NCBI GenBank assembly: GCA_001464735.1
Contig: LNDU01000029.1
Location: forward strand, 5,573-69,572
DNA from: Nitrospira sp. Ga0074138
GTDB lineage: Bacteria > Nitrospirota > Nitrospiria > Nitrospirales > Nitrospiraceae
Length of the DNA: 64,000 nucleotides
Direction: 5' to 3'
The notes under the pieces were generated by a model, which was not told the DNA's origin, did not search any database, and worked only from the letters and a program-made list of their open reading frames with translations. Position numbers and translations under genes: made by a program. This document shows, piece by piece, positions 1-11,643 of the stretch. The stretch's first letter is position 1; each line of letters starts with the position of its first letter.

Positions 1-1400
1 GAGAGCTTCGCCGTCGCCAAATAATGACCGATCGTATAGGGCAGGATAAAATAACCATCGGCAAGTCCTTGCATCAAGGAGCTGGCGCCGAGCCGGTTGG
101 CGCCATGATCCGCAAAATTTGCTTCTCCAATCACGAAAAGTCCCGGGATGGTACTCATAAGATTGTAATCAACCCAAAGCCCCCCCATCGTATAGTGTGG
201 CGCCGGATATATCCGCATGGGGACCTGGTAGGCGTCTTCCCCTGTGATCCGGTTATACATGTCGAAGAGGTTGCCATAGCGCTCCTGGACTACATCCTGC
301 CCCTGCCGTTCAATCACATCGGCAAAATCCAGGTACACGCCCTGACCTCCCGGGCCAACGCCATGGCCTTCGTCGCACACAGTCTTCACGGCACGGGACG
401 CGATGTCTCGTGGCGCAAGATTGCCGAAACGGGGGTACCGGCGTTCCAGAAAATAGTCGCGTTCTTCGGCGGGTATGTCGCCAGGAGGCCGGTGATCCGC
501 AGCCATCTTCGGCACCCACAACCGTCCGTCGTTGCGGAGCGATTCGGACATCAGGGTCAACTTGGCCTGGTGTTCGTCCCCCGGCGGGATCGCCGTGGGA
601 TGAATCTGCATAAAGCACGGATTCGCGAATGCGGCACCCTGTTTCCACGCCCGATACGTGGCCGTCACATTGCTGCCGCTCGCATTGGTCGACAGGTAGT
701 ACACGTTGCTGTAGCCGCCGGTCGCAAGAACCACGGCATGGGCCGTCTGGATACTCACCCGTCCCGTGACGAGATCACGCACCACGATTCCTCGGGCCTG
801 ACCGTCAATCACTATCAGATCGAGCATCTCGGTCCGAGGGTGCATCGTGACCTGTCCACGTTCAATCTGCCAGCAGAGCGCCGAATAGGCGCCCAAGAGC
901 AGTTGCTGTCCGGTCTGTCCGCGACAGTAGAACGTCCGCGAGACTTGGACACCTCCAAACGATCGGTTGGCCAACTGCCCGCCATACTCACGGGCAAAAG
1001 GAATGCCGAGCGCCACACATTGATCGATAATTTGCGCACTGACCTGGGCAAGCCGATAGACATTCGCCTCTCGCGAACGAAAGTCTCCACCCTTGATCGT
1101 GTCGTAAAACAGTCGGGCCACACTGTCCCCGTCATCCTGATAGTTTTTTGCGGCATTGATCCCGCCTTGTGCCGCAATACTGTGCGCACGTCGCGGACTG
1201 TCATGAAAACAAAAGCACTCCACCTGATAGCCGAGCTGTCCCAAGGTCGAAGCCGCACTGGCTCCCGCAAGGCCGGTGCCGACAACGATGACGGTGATGT
1301 TCCGCTTGTTATTCGGACTCACTAATTTTTCGCTGAATCGATGTCGGTCCCATTTGGTTTCCAGCGGGCCGGCAGGAATCTTCGGATCAAGTTTCATCAT
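1..1400 (-). CDS. sdhA: Succinate dehydrogenase/fumarate reductase flavoprotein subunit (runs off the left edge of the window)
   Basis: Manual reverse translation gives [47 protein letters not shown], with a GxGxxG FAD motif. The start overlaps the sdhC stop (ATGA). The 433-aa plus-strand ORF is its antisense shadow. Confidence 0.9.
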   Translation of the reverse strand, partial: MMKLDPKIPAGPLETKWDRHRFSEKLVSPNNKRNITVIVVGTGLAGASAASTLGQLGYQVECFCFHDSPRRAHSIAAQGGINAAKNYQDDGDSVARLFYDTIKGGDFRSREANVYRLAQVSAQIIDQCVALGIPFAREYGGQLANRSFGGVQVSRTFYCRGQTGQQLLLGAYSALCWQIERGQVTMHPRTEMLDLIVIDGQARGIVVRDLVTGRVSIQTAHAVVLATGGYSNVYYLSTNASGSNVTATYRAWKQGAAFANPCFMQIHPTAIPPGDEHQAKLTLMSESLRNDGRLWVPKMAADHRPPGDIPAEERDYFLERRYPRFGNLAPRDIASRAVKTVCDEGHGVGPGGQGVYLDFADVIERQGQDVVQERYGNLFDMYNRITGEDAYQVPMRIYPAPHYTMGGLWVDYNLMSTIPGLFVIGEANFADHGANRLGASSLMQGLADGYFILPYTIGHYLATAKL

Positions 1401-2077
1401 CCGCGTACGATCCCCAAGAAGATGGCTAGGATGATGGCGACATTGCCAAGAACGACCAACAGCGCGACCGTGGGACCAGCGGCCTTGATGAGTCGGTTGA
1501 ATGCCGCGCGTTCAAGCCCCAATGTCTGTAAACTGCTGGTGACGGCATGGTTCAGATGCAAGCCCAGCCCCAGCTGACCCATCAAGTAAAACGCCACGAT
1601 AAATGGATTCTGAAAAGCGTGGACGATCTTCCCATAAACATCACGATGTCCTTCGGTGTCGAGGCGATCGACAGAAGAGGGATCGATGACGCCGGCCGTC
1701 AGATGTAACAAGTGGAATAGGATAAAGAGTAAGAGTACAAGGCCGGAGACGGCCATGGTGCGGGACGCAAACGGTGCTTGGCGATACTCGCGGACCGCAT
1801 AGGCGACCGGGCGAGCACGACGATTTCGCAAGGTCAACTGGATCGCCAGGACGATGTGGAGTGCCGCAAGGCTCAGCAACCCGATCCGAGCGGTCCAGAG
1901 GAGGATCGGCATGTCGCGGAGCATCGCCGCATAGCCATTGAGCGCATGGGATCCTTCGAATACTTGTAGGTTCCCCAACATGTGAAAAATAACATAGATA
2001 ACGAGCCCCAGCCCGCTTAGAGCCATGACGACTTTACGGCCGACTGAGGACTGGAAATGGTTAGACTGGCGTGCCAT
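1397..2077 (-). CDS. sdhC: Succinate dehydrogenase cytochrome b558 subunit
   Basis: [20 protein letters not shown] and HLLHLT motifs; five hydrophobic helices; coupled to sdhA. Confidence 0.9.
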   Translation of the reverse strand: MARQSNHFQSSVGRKVVMALSGLGLVIYVIFHMLGNLQVFEGSHALNGYAAMLRDMPILLWTARIGLLSLAALHIVLAIQLTLRNRRARPVAYAVREYRQAPFASRTMAVSGLVLLLFILFHLLHLTAGVIDPSSVDRLDTEGHRDVYGKIVHAFQNPFIVAFYLMGQLGLGLHLNHAVTSSLQTLGLERAAFNRLIKAAGPTVALLVVLGNVAIILAIFLGIVRG

Positions 2078-2203
2078 CTGCGATCATTATACACCGCTTG
2101 GATTCACGAAGACTCATGGGAACGTTGGAGAGGTGTCCTGAGGCACGACGATAAAGCGGCGTGGTGGTTCGCGCTCGTTGAGTGGTCGCAGGTACCAAAG
2201 ATG

Positions 2204-3450
2204 TTATCGAGCGCCTGACGGTCCAGACCGTGGCGTCACACGCTTAACTTGGAGCTCCAGTTGCTCGGACGGATGCATCCCTGGGACCAGCACGGCGAGC
2301 GCCATGACACAATTCCGCCCACCTTCCTTTGCAGCATAGAGCGCCTTGTCCGCTTGATCGATCAGCTCCAAAGGCGTCCGTGCTCCGAACGCGATGGCCG
2401 ACACCCCGATGCTCACCGTCAGTGTCAAACCAGACACCATTCGAAGCCGGCTGCCCGCCTCAGCCCCAACACGTATTCGCAAACGTTCCGCCAGATCCGT
2501 CGCTTCGGCCAGCGTCGTGCGAGGGAACATCAGCAGAACTCTTCTCCTCCATAGCGCCCGACCGTGTCCGTCAACCGCAACCCTGCGGAGAGACAATTGG
2601 CGACTGCTTGGATGGCTTGATCGCCGACGGCATGTCCATATCGATCATTCACACGCTTAAAGTTATCAATGTCGACCATCACACAACAGAGCTCGCTTCC
2701 GTGCTCGCGGCTCTCCGCAAACGCTTTCTCAAACAGCGCGTAGAACGCACGGCGGTTCAGACATCCGGTGAGCGGATCGCGTGAGGCCAAACGCTCCAAC
2801 TCCCCATTTTGCCGTAAAATTTCTGTCTGTGCCGACTCAAGATTTACCACGGTTCGCATCAGGGCGCTGTTGATATTCGTGAGTTGCTGGTTCGCACGCT
2901 GGAGCTCCGCTGTGCGTTCCTCGACCAAGCGACTCAACTCATGCAGCTGTCCAACAGCCTTATTCGCCAAGTCCCATTTCCAGCAGAGCGCGGTAGCGAG
3001 CTGCAAGGCTTCAATGCCGTTAAATGGCTTCTGCAGAATCAGTAACTTGTCGGTTCTCCCTATCCGTTCTCTGATTTCTCCCCAAGGCTGATCGGAATAG
3101 GCCGTGCAGACGACCACCTGAAGGCCTGCGTCGACTTTCCAGAGCTGCTCGATGGTTTCGAGCCCATCCCAGCCCGGCGGCATCCTCATATCGACGAAGG
3201 CGACGGCATACGGTCTGCCCGCATTGTTCGCAGCCTGCACCAAGTCCGATGCCACCTGTCCTTGATCCGCACAATCAACCTGGAAGGGCTCATGAGCCTG
3301 AATCAGACTGGCGTCCCCAAATAAGGCCGAACGTGCCCTTTCAAGAGCCTCCGACTCTGTGTCGAATTGAAGAATGCTCCGGAAGTCGTCATGGATCGAT
3401 GGGTTGTCGTCCACAACGAGAATGCGTCGATTGAGACTATCCGTCGACAC
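2204..3450 (-). pseudogene. REC-GGDEF diguanylate cyclase, frameshifted just after GGEEF
   Basis: ORF 2530..3450 has REC, a coiled coil, DPLTG and GRYGGEEFC*. ORF 2204..2596 continues LMFPRTT...TVSIGVS...ADKALYAAKEGGRN. The sequence reads TTC TGC TGA TG where TTC TGC CTG ATG would be in frame. Confidence 0.85.
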
Positions 3451-3478
3451 TCGTCACAGCTCCCCTATCCTCACGAGG

Positions 3479-3688
3479 CTAGCAGGTTGTTGACAAACTC
3501 TATGACGACCCAGAGATGAAGCTTCGTGTACGGTCACAGACGGAACCCAAATGGCTCGCAGGCTGTTCAGAAAGGCCGTCCAGCAAGGCCGCAGTACGCG
3601 TAGAGGCGAATCGTACTCTCCGCCGTACGTTGAGCCCCTGAGAGCGTCGCGAGAACGCCGCTGGCGGACTTTGTCAACAGCCTGCTAG
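3479..3688. mobile_element. MITE-like non-autonomous element with CTAG-bounded terminal inverted repeats
   Basis: CTAGCAGGTTGTTGACAAA (3479-3497) versus TTTGTCAACAGCCTGCTAG (3670-3688), an 18/19 inverted match. A third end-like motif GCAGGCTGTTCAGAAA lies at 3558. No coding capacity. Confidence 0.75.
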
Positions 3689-3691
3689 GCA

Positions 3692-4957
3692 TTAGACCAC
3701 CTTCGCCAACACCGTCTGGGTGGAAGGCTTTTGGAGTTGAATCGTGCACCAAAACGTCGATCCTTGCCCAAGAACACTGTCGACACCCACTATCCCCCCC
3801 ATCATGTGCGCCAGTTGCTTGACAATGGCGAGCCCAAGTCCTGTCCCACCATACTTGCGCGTAGTACTGCCGTCAGCCTGTGTAAACGGCGTAAAGAGCT
3901 TGGCTTGGACGGCGGGCTCGATACCGATGCCTGTGTCCCGCACTTTCAGACAAAACGTTGTCGTATCGACAGTATCCTCAGCGACCGCCACGTGCAGGAC
4001 GATTTCTCCTTGGGTCGTAAATTTGATGGCGTTGCCGATCAAGTTGGTCAAGATCTGCCGAATGCGCACCGGGTCACCGTCGTATTCCGGCAGGAGATTG
4101 TCAGCGAGCACGACCGTCAACCTCAGCCCCTTGCTCTCAATGGGGCCGGACAATAGTTCCAGGACATCCTTGACAAGCTGACGCAGATCGAACGCGATGC
4201 GTTCGAGCTTGAGTTTGCCTGATTCAATCCTCGAGATATCGAGGATATCATTGATGATCTGCAGCAAAGCCATTCCGGATTTGTGGAGCGTCTCGATGTA
4301 CCGGCGTTGCTTGTCGTTCAAAGGCGTCCGCAGCAAGAGTTCGCTCATCCCGAGAATACCGTTCATGGGCGTGCGGATTTCGTGGCTCACGTTGGCAAGG
4401 AATTGCGATTTCGCGACGTTGGCGGCCTCAGCCGCTTCTAACCGTTGGCGCGCCTGACGCGCCAGCCTCCACTTGGTGGTTAGGGAGGCGGCCAATTGCG
4501 AGACCTCCACGGTGGAAAATGGTTTTTGCAGAATCAGGAGACGGTCGTCGCAGCCCAGTCGGCGAATGATGTCCTCCCAGGAATGGTCAGTGTAGGCCGT
4601 GCAGATGACCGTCTGAATCTCGGGATCAACCTCCCACATACGCTCGATGGTCTCCAGCCCATCCCATCCCGGAGGCATCCGCATGTCCACAAACGCCACC
4701 GCATAAGGCCGTCCCTCTCGGCGTGCCATTTGTACGAGGGCCAGCGCGGCTTGCCCCTGATCTGCATAATCCAGTTCAAACCGCACAAGAGCCTTCTGAA
4801 AAGATTCGCCCCCGAATAACGACGCGCGTGCTTCATCCAGCCCCTGTGTCTCCGTTCCCGGTTGAAGGATTTTGCGAAAGTCCTCGTGGATCGAGAGATT
4901 ATCATCAATGACCAAGACTCGAAGATGCTGACTATGCTTGTCGGTATCCGTATTCAT
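3692..4957 (-). CDS. Hybrid REC-histidine kinase (REC-HisKA-HATPase)
   Basis: [14 protein letters not shown] receiver, [16 protein letters not shown]-box, [15 protein letters not shown] and GGTGLGL boxes. Start placed at MNTDTD after a GGGAGAG RBS. Confidence 0.9.
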   Translation of the reverse strand: MNTDTDKHSQHLRVLVIDDNLSIHEDFRKILQPGTETQGLDEARASLFGGESFQKALVRFELDYADQGQAALALVQMARREGRPYAVAFVDMRMPPGWDGLETIERMWEVDPEIQTVICTAYTDHSWEDIIRRLGCDDRLLILQKPFSTVEVSQLAASLTTKWRLARQARQRLEAAEAANVAKSQFLANVSHEIRTPMNGILGMSELLLRTPLNDKQRRYIETLHKSGMALLQIINDILDISRIESGKLKLERIAFDLRQLVKDVLELLSGPIESKGLRLTVVLADNLLPEYDGDPVRIRQILTNLIGNAIKFTTQGEIVLHVAVAEDTVDTTTFCLKVRDTGIGIEPAVQAKLFTPFTQADGSTTRKYGGTGLGLAIVKQLAHMMGGIVGVDSVLGQGSTFWCTIQLQKPSTQTVLAKVV

Positions 4958-4993
4958 ACAGCTCTCCCTGACTGCGCCAACAGGCAATGCTGC

Positions 4994-6883
4994 TTAGGCG
5001 GCGCGAGAACCAATGGCAGGTAACCACTGGTGGACCGCCTTCTGTATCTCTTTGAGCCCCACCGGCTTTGGCAGGAAACCGTCCATCCCGCCCGCGATGC
5101 AGGCAGTTTCGACAGTGCTCACTGCGTAACCTGACAATGCGAGAATCGTCACAGGCCTACCGTCCCCTCTCGTAAATCCTCGTCGACGAATTTCTGCTGT
5201 CGCAGTCAGTCCATCCATCTCCGGCATTTCGCAGTCCATGAGGACCAGGTCGTATGGGCGCCTCTCAAGCGCCTGAATCGCCTCTCGACCCGTACCCGCC
5301 GTATCGGCTGATTCCCCACAGAGCTCCAGCATGCGAAGAAAGACCTCTTGGTTCGTCGGATTATCTTCAGCCAAGAGGATACGCGCACGTGACCGTGGCT
5401 TGGAGGAATGGACGCCCGGGCTCCTATCTTGGTTCCTAGTGATCAATACGTCAGGCGTCGAGTGGTCATCCGCCTGCTTGCGCTCCAGCCCAGCTCTGTC
5501 GCTCGCGCTCACCTTCTCAAGACAGACCGTAAACCAAAATGTGGAACCGCTTCCTGGGGTACTGGTGAGACCGACGTCTCCACCCATCAAGGAGGCGAGT
5601 CGTTGAACAATCGCGAGTCCTAAACCCGTCCCTCCGTACCGCCTCGTCATCGATCCATCAACCTGAGCGAACGGATCGAAAATTTTCTGCTGCGCCTCCA
5701 GAGGAACACCGATTCCGGTATCGCACACCGATATTTTGAATAAGGTCTTCTCCTCGCGATCCTCGAGACGCTCAACATGAATCAGGATGCCCCCTCGTTC
5801 CGTAAATTTCATGGCATTGTTCACGAGGTTCATCAGAATCTGCCGAAGGCGCACGCCATCCCCCCGCCACACAGCAGGTAACTCGGGGTCGATCTGACAT
5901 TCTAACGTAAGCCCCTTTTGTCGCGAGGGTTCCTGGAATAGACCGGCAACATCCTGCACAGTTGCAACCAGATCAAACCCCGTGATGTGGAGGTCCATCT
6001 TGTTCTCTTCAATCTTGGACAAGTCGAGTATGTCGTTGATGATCTGAAGCAACTGCTCGCCGGAACGATGGATGGTTTGGACGAAATGACGCTGCCGGTC
6101 GTTCAACGAGGTTGAGAGAAGCAGCTCGTTCATGCCGAGCATCGCGTTCATGGGCGTACGGATCTCATGGCTCATACGGGCTAAGAACTGTGACTTGGCC
6201 TGGTTGGCCTTATCCGCCGCCACCTTGGCCTCCTTAAGGGCCTCGACCATTTTCTGTAATTCATCGTGGCGCTGTTGAAGCTCAGCCGTCCGTGCAGCCA
6301 CTTGCTGCTCGAGATGCTGGTTCGTCGCCTGGAGTTCTCGATTGCGGGCATTGACCTGTGCAACGAGACCTTCGATCTGCAGCCGGATGTCCCGTCCCAA
6401 CTCCCACTTCCTGGTCAGCGATGCAGCAATCTGTTGGACTTCAATGGAATCAAACGGTTTCCGAAGGATGAGCAACCGGTCTCTCATCTCTAGCCGTGCG
6501 GCAATCTCCGCCCACGAATGATCTGAATAGGCCGTACAGATAACCACTTGAAGCCGTCCGTCCGCCTCCCAGAGCCGTTCGATCGTTTCCAAGCCGTCCC
6601 ACCCTGGCGGCATCCTCATATCGACAAACGCCACCGCATACGGACGTCCTTCCCGGCGCGCCATCTCTACAAGGGCCAACGCCGCTTGTCCTTGATCCGC
6701 ATAATCCAGCTCGAACCGGTCCAGGGCGTCGACAAGCGGCGTATCTCCGAACAGCGTCGCCCGTGCGCGATGGAGCCCCTCTTCCTCGGGTGACGCTTCA
6801 AGGATTCTGCGAAAATCCTCATGGATGGCCCGATTGTCGTCAACAACCAAGATTCGAAGGTTTTTACTGTTGGCGCCCATCAT
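4994..6883 (-). CDS. Hybrid histidine kinase (REC-HisKA-HATPase-REC)
   Basis: N-terminal [14 protein letters not shown]-box, N/G boxes and C-terminal REC (ILLAEDN...[13 protein letters not shown]). Confidence 0.9.
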   Translation of the reverse strand: MMGANSKNLRILVVDDNRAIHEDFRRILEASPEEEGLHRARATLFGDTPLVDALDRFELDYADQGQAALALVEMARREGRPYAVAFVDMRMPPGWDGLETIERLWEADGRLQVVICTAYSDHSWAEIAARLEMRDRLLILRKPFDSIEVQQIAASLTRKWELGRDIRLQIEGLVAQVNARNRELQATNQHLEQQVAARTAELQQRHDELQKMVEALKEAKVAADKANQAKSQFLARMSHEIRTPMNAMLGMNELLLSTSLNDRQRHFVQTIHRSGEQLLQIINDILDLSKIEENKMDLHITGFDLVATVQDVAGLFQEPSRQKGLTLECQIDPELPAVWRGDGVRLRQILMNLVNNAMKFTERGGILIHVERLEDREEKTLFKISVCDTGIGVPLEAQQKIFDPFAQVDGSMTRRYGGTGLGLAIVQRLASLMGGDVGLTSTPGSGSTFWFTVCLEKVSASDRAGLERKQADDHSTPDVLITRNQDRSPGVHSSKPRSRARILLAEDNPTNQEVFLRMLELCGESADTAGTGREAIQALERRPYDLVLMDCEMPEMDGLTATAEIRRRGFTRGDGRPVTILALSGYAVSTVETACIAGGMDGFLPKPVGLKEIQKAVHQWLPAIGSRAA

Positions 6884-6933
6884 CCGTCATGTCCTTCTGT
6901 CTGCCAAGAGGAGGAGTATCATTACTCACAGCG

Positions 6934-7797
6934 TTAGGTCTGAGTTTCTTGTCTTCCTCCCGCCATGAACACATGCATATCATTGATGAGGGAAAGGAGA
7001 TCCTGCGCACACCGTTGGAGTGTCGTGGCATGCTCACGCTGGCCGGGACTCAGCGGACTATCCAGCAGGAGCTGCACTTTCCTGACGAGTTCATTCATTG
7101 GGGTCAGAATTTCATGGCTCATAATCGCTAGAAATTCTTCCTTCTGACGGAAGGTCGCCTCAAGATCGTCCCGAGAAAGAGCTGGCAGTATGTCCGCAGC
7201 CCGACTGACAATATTTGCTTGCAGACGCTCATTCGCGTCCCGCAACTCAGCTGTTCGCTGGCTCACGCTGAACGCGAGACTATCAATCTGCAGCTTGACG
7301 GAGCGTGCCAGATTCCATTTCTTCGTCAGAGCGTTCGCGAGTTGAACAACCTCGATGCTGTTGAAGGGTTTCATCAGGACCAGCAGCTTGTCGGTGTCTC
7401 CGATACGACGACTCACATCTTCCCATGGATGATCAGAATATGCGGAACAAATCACGATTTGGATATCAGGATCGGCATACCACAGATGCTCGATGGTCTC
7501 GAGTCCATCCCATCCCGGCGGCATCCGCATGTCCACAAATGCCACCGCATACGGATTCCCTCTCTGATAAGCATTCTGAGCCAGACCGAATCCCTCTCGT
7601 CCCTGACTCGCGAAGTCCAGCTCATAGCGAATTTGTGATGGAAGCGTTGGAACCTCTCCAAACAAGGCTGCCCGAGCTTGAGCCAATGAATCGGAATCGG
7701 CCGGCGGCATCAGGATCTTACAGAAATCCTCATGGATGTTATCGTTATCGTCGATGACGAGAACGCGCCGATTGTCGGTAGCCTGATCGCTGTTCAT
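6934..7797 (-). CDS. REC domain plus HisKA-like helix pair, no HATPase domain
   Basis: REC as in the neighbours, then FLAIMSHEILTPMN...LINDM followed shortly by the stop. Start MNSDQ overlaps the upstream stop (ATGA). Confidence 0.8.
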   Translation of the reverse strand: MNSDQATDNRRVLVIDDNDNIHEDFCKILMPPADSDSLAQARAALFGEVPTLPSQIRYELDFASQGREGFGLAQNAYQRGNPYAVAFVDMRMPPGWDGLETIEHLWYADPDIQIVICSAYSDHPWEDVSRRIGDTDKLLVLMKPFNSIEVVQLANALTKKWNLARSVKLQIDSLAFSVSQRTAELRDANERLQANIVSRAADILPALSRDDLEATFRQKEEFLAIMSHEILTPMNELVRKVQLLLDSPLSPGQREHATTLQRCAQDLLSLINDMHVFMAGGRQETQT

Positions 7798-9704
7798 GCT
7801 GCGGCTTCCACCACGACCAACGGGAGCTCCAGTGTGAACGTCGCACCACACCCCTCGCCCGCACTCTGCCCGTGCAACGTTCCGCCAAGATTTTTGGCAA
7901 CAATGGCTGCGCTATGGAGCCCAAGTCCATGACCGGCCTTTCTCGTTGTAAAGCCTTGTGCAAACAGTCGAGGGAGATGCTCCGGTTTGACCCCGATGCC
8001 GGTATCGATCACCTCAAATTGAGTAAAGCCCTTAGCTGAAAGCACTCCGATGCGCAGCGTGAGACGGCGGGTGCCCCCCGAGTGTTCCACCATGGCGTTC
8101 TTCGCGTTGGTGATCAGGTTGACCAATACCTGCAAAACTTGGTGTCGATCCGTCATCATCATAGGGACTGGACTGTATTCCCGTACGAGTTGGATGTGGT
8201 ATTTCTCCGGCTCAGGGAGCGCCATCACGGCCGCCTGTTCCATGAGATCTTCAGCGGACGCAGGCTCACGGATATTACCTGCGCGGGCAATATCTTGCTG
8301 TGACATGATCACTTGCTTGATGTGATCGACTTTCTTCACAAGCGAGTCGAGTTCACCTTGGATCGTCTGATGGCTTCCACTCAGAGACTCGGCCACCAAA
8401 CCAAGATAGGCCGGGATCTGCTTGCCCTTCGGGTCGACCGTCAAGAATTCCTGTAGATTGTCCTGATGCTCGTTGAACATCGATGCGATCCGACAGACAT
8501 CGCCCACCATCGGCTTTTTGAGCGCTTTGAGAAGCGTATCCGTCGACACATTAATGCTATTGAGGACGTTCCCGACATTATGCAGTACGCTGGACGCCAC
8601 ATCCGCCATACCCGCTTGGCGCGAGGCATTCATGAGTTGCTGGTACAGCTTTTCTTTTTCCGCCTCAGCTTTTTTCCGCTGATCCATCTCGACGTGCAAA
8701 TTCGCATTCGTGGCCTCGAGTTCCTGATTCTTCTGTACAATTTGGACACGTGATGCCTCTAATTCACTGTTCGCATCCTTGAGTTGAGAATTGGCTCGAT
8801 CCAGTTCGGTGACGTCGTGAAACGAGACGAGCGCCCCTCTGACAGTGGACCCGTCGTCTATAATCGGGACCGTATTGACGATGAATTTTCGCTGTTCCCC
8901 ATCGGAGAGATTCATAATAAGCGGGATATTGTCGAGAGACTGCCGGTCCATAATGGCCCTGGTCCACGGATACACCATGAGCGAATCCGTCGGAGTCACC
9001 GACTTCCAGGCAAGCGTCCCGAGATCGGAGCCTATCAACGATGTCACGGGCTTATTCACAGCGCGACTGAACGAATCGTTTGTGAGGATGATCCGGTCTT
9101 GCGTATCGATCATCACCACACCTTGCGTCAGGGCATCAAGCGCCGCTTTCACACGTGTCGGAACAATGCCGGAGGGATCGAGCTGACGGAGCGTGCGCTT
9201 CATGAAAAGGAGGTACCCGATGAACCCCATTACACTCACAAACGCAAGGAAGCGTATCCGTGGATCGGAAAGAAAGCGGTCTATGCCTGAGCCTTCAGAT
9301 TCGCGAAACGCCAATTGGAGCACACCCCATGGCTGTTCTCCGGAAAAGATCGGGACTTGAAGGGATTGAAGCGTCGATTGTTCACCCGGCGGCTGAACCC
9401 AAGCCTGTGCACGCGCGCCAACTTGTGCAACAATGCTGCCGTTTTTTTGAAGGAGCGCCAGTGACGAGATTTCGTGATTCCGCTTGGCCAGCGTCTCCAT
9501 GGAAAATTGAATCGTTTCAATCTGATTCCGCTCCGCTAATGCGGAGTATTGAACAGCCAGGGCTTCGGCTAAATCGCGACGATATTCGAAGACCTGACGA
9601 TCATGATTGGGCACGAGATCGACAAGTGAATAGCCGGCCAACATCACGCTGATTGTCAAGCTGACCAAGCCGAAACTGATCCACACTAAGGGGGTGACTT
9701 TCAT
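7794..9704 (-). CDS. Membrane PAS-domain sensor histidine kinase
   Basis: Two TM segments, PAS (ALDALTQGVVMID), VLHNVGNVLNSI H-box, NLITNAKNA, DTGIG and GHGLGL. Confidence 0.88.
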   Translation of the reverse strand: MKVTPLVWISFGLVSLTISVMLAGYSLVDLVPNHDRQVFEYRRDLAEALAVQYSALAERNQIETIQFSMETLAKRNHEISSLALLQKNGSIVAQVGARAQAWVQPPGEQSTLQSLQVPIFSGEQPWGVLQLAFRESEGSGIDRFLSDPRIRFLAFVSVMGFIGYLLFMKRTLRQLDPSGIVPTRVKAALDALTQGVVMIDTQDRIILTNDSFSRAVNKPVTSLIGSDLGTLAWKSVTPTDSLMVYPWTRAIMDRQSLDNIPLIMNLSDGEQRKFIVNTVPIIDDGSTVRGALVSFHDVTELDRANSQLKDANSELEASRVQIVQKNQELEATNANLHVEMDQRKKAEAEKEKLYQQLMNASRQAGMADVASSVLHNVGNVLNSINVSTDTLLKALKKPMVGDVCRIASMFNEHQDNLQEFLTVDPKGKQIPAYLGLVAESLSGSHQTIQGELDSLVKKVDHIKQVIMSQQDIARAGNIREPASAEDLMEQAAVMALPEPEKYHIQLVREYSPVPMMMTDRHQVLQVLVNLITNAKNAMVEHSGGTRRLTLRIGVLSAKGFTQFEVIDTGIGVKPEHLPRLFAQGFTTRKAGHGLGLHSAAIVAKNLGGTLHGQSAGEGCGATFTLELPLVVVEAAA

Positions 9705-9717
9705 ACCTGCGTTCCGT

Positions 9718-10945
9718 TCACCTGCCTTTTCGCTTACCGTTTGATTCGTTCCGTGATGTCTTCAGTACTCGATCCAGGCCACGAAACTGCTTCTTCTCCT
9801 GCTCATCTTCCTCACGGATCTTCCGATCGCGTTTTCGGCGGGTGAGGAGTTCGCCACCCAGTACCGGCAACGGATCAAAATGCCTCCAAGCCGGCATCGA
9901 AACGAGGAAACTCGCAACCAGAGCGCCCGCGCAGATTCCAGGCCACAAATCCAGCGGATAAGGCCATCCCCGAGAATGAGGCGACTTGCCCGATGAGCTG
10001 AGCTTTATGTTCCTACTCCTGCACGCCGCGCTCAAGATCCTCGGCCAACCTGGTCAATCGTTCGACAAGTTTGTGACCCACAGCCAGTACCTTTTTCACC
10101 GGAAGCGAAAATGGTTCCGCCGGTCGCGCTGGAGGCTCCTGGATCCCGACGGTGGGCTGCTCTACCCTGGCAAAGGTGCGATTCGGGGTCATAGTTCTCG
10201 GGAGCGGATCGTTCGTTGCGCCTACCACGGACGCTTCTTTCACCGGCACCCCCAGGGCTATCAGAACTGGAGGCTGCTGTATTGGAGGCGGAACGATACC
10301 ACCGCTGCCTCCAGACCTAGAGCCCGAACCTGAACCTGTGCCTCCAGACCCTCCTGTCCCGCCACCACCTCCGCCGCCACCACTGCCTCCACCTCCACCA
10401 CCGGGCGGTGGGATAAACGGGGCAACCGTGAATGTCCCTTCGCCGATCAGGTGGATCGCGTCGATGCCCGTCCGCCCGACGAGTACCTCCGCCATCTGCT
10501 GCACGCCGTCGCGGGCAGGATCGAGGATGATCACTTCGACGTTGGGGCTGATGCCATCGAGCAGTTGTTGGTAGTCGCGCACGCTGGGAGAGAGAAACAC
10601 GATTTCCTGACGGGCCGCTGACGTATCGTAGGCCGCCAGCGCATCGAATAAGGCTTGGTCGTTAGAGTTGAACTGTGGCTCACCTGTGGGTGCGGCAGCG
10701 GGTGGTGTGTCAGATGATGTCGCGTCATCGGCTGAGAGAGATGCTTCGGCTTGACTCTGGGCGAGTGGCTCGGTGGCAACGGTACCGAGCGTCGCCACAC
10801 CCGCCCCATCGAACATGATCCGTGGTTCGAGCGCGAACCAGGAGGCGCTGTATGTGGGAAGGGGCGGACTCCCGTATACAGAAGTCGGCCGCCGTCCGCA
10901 GGCAGGCTTCACCTCGCCCTTCTTGCGTCTCCGTAGTATTTTCAT
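9718..10945 (-). pseudogene. Collapsed giant LEPR-XLL/DUF4347 secreted adhesin-type gene
   Basis: ALEPRIMFDG motif and a DUF4347-like start (EIVFLSPSVRDYQQLL...IDAIHLIGEG) fused directly to a Gly/Pro linker. In-frame TAG at 10013-10015, then EHKAQLIGQVASFSGMALSAGFVAW, then a frameshift near 9930 into ALVASFLVSMPAWRHFDPLPVL. Confidence 0.75.
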
Positions 10946-10989
10946 GATGATAGGGAGAAGACCTCGGTTTTCGAGTTACCCAAGAATTT

Positions 10990-11005
10990 AGCAAGGCAGG
11001 TGCCA
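10990..11005 (-). promoter_or_regulatory. Sigma-54 (-24/-12) promoter
   Basis: The minus strand reads TGGCAC-CTGCC-TTGCT, matching TGGCAC-N5-TTGCW, 45 bp upstream of the adhesin gene start. Confidence 0.75.
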
Positions 11006-11643
11006 GTTGACGAAGTAAATTCCCCTTTCTTACAAGGCGCTTATACCGCGCCCTGCGGGGCAATTCATGGCGGGCAGCAGAATGTGACAAAGCATGCATT
11101 CTTGTCCGATATGTTGAAGAGAGGGGCCACCGCCAACTCCATGATTTTCCCAACAACCAGCGTGTCGATCGTGGCGCGGTGGTTTGCAGCAATGGTAGCT
11201 TGAAAATGCGCTCAGGCCAGGACATAGGCGCAACACCTGAGTTTGGGATCGGGTTTGGTTCCCGCCGCTGCACAGAAGGCTGCCACTCGCCGTTCGTGCG
11301 GTCAGACGTTCCCACCTAGCCTTGGAGACACAGCTCTGCCGTGTCTATCGACCAACGGTAAAGTTTTTACCTATCTTTGTACGAGCGTACCCACCTCTCA
11401 TGGTTTGTCATCAGTTTTTCACTTTTGGGATATTTCTCTATCATTCTGACCCACATGATCACGCAATCAGCTCGGTACGGGTTCAGCCCATGGTCGCTGA
11501 ATAACCTGCATGGGATAGGTACAACCGAGGAAACTCTGTTTTCCCTTTTTGGATATTGTATTTCTTGGTAACTTGCGTGGAACTAGGCGAGGGATCATTC
11601 CTTCTTAGTCGCGACGGGTTCATCCATCAGCAAGGAGATTCTC

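Noticed and set aside
24-1325. 433-aa plus-strand ORF
   Set aside because: It is the antisense shadow of sdhA, which is clearly encoded on the minus strand.
10300-10412. Low-complexity CCA/CCG-rich tract as a possible contingency repeat
   Set aside because: It encodes the Gly/Ser linker of the adhesin relic with mixed codons and is not a perfect tandem repeat.
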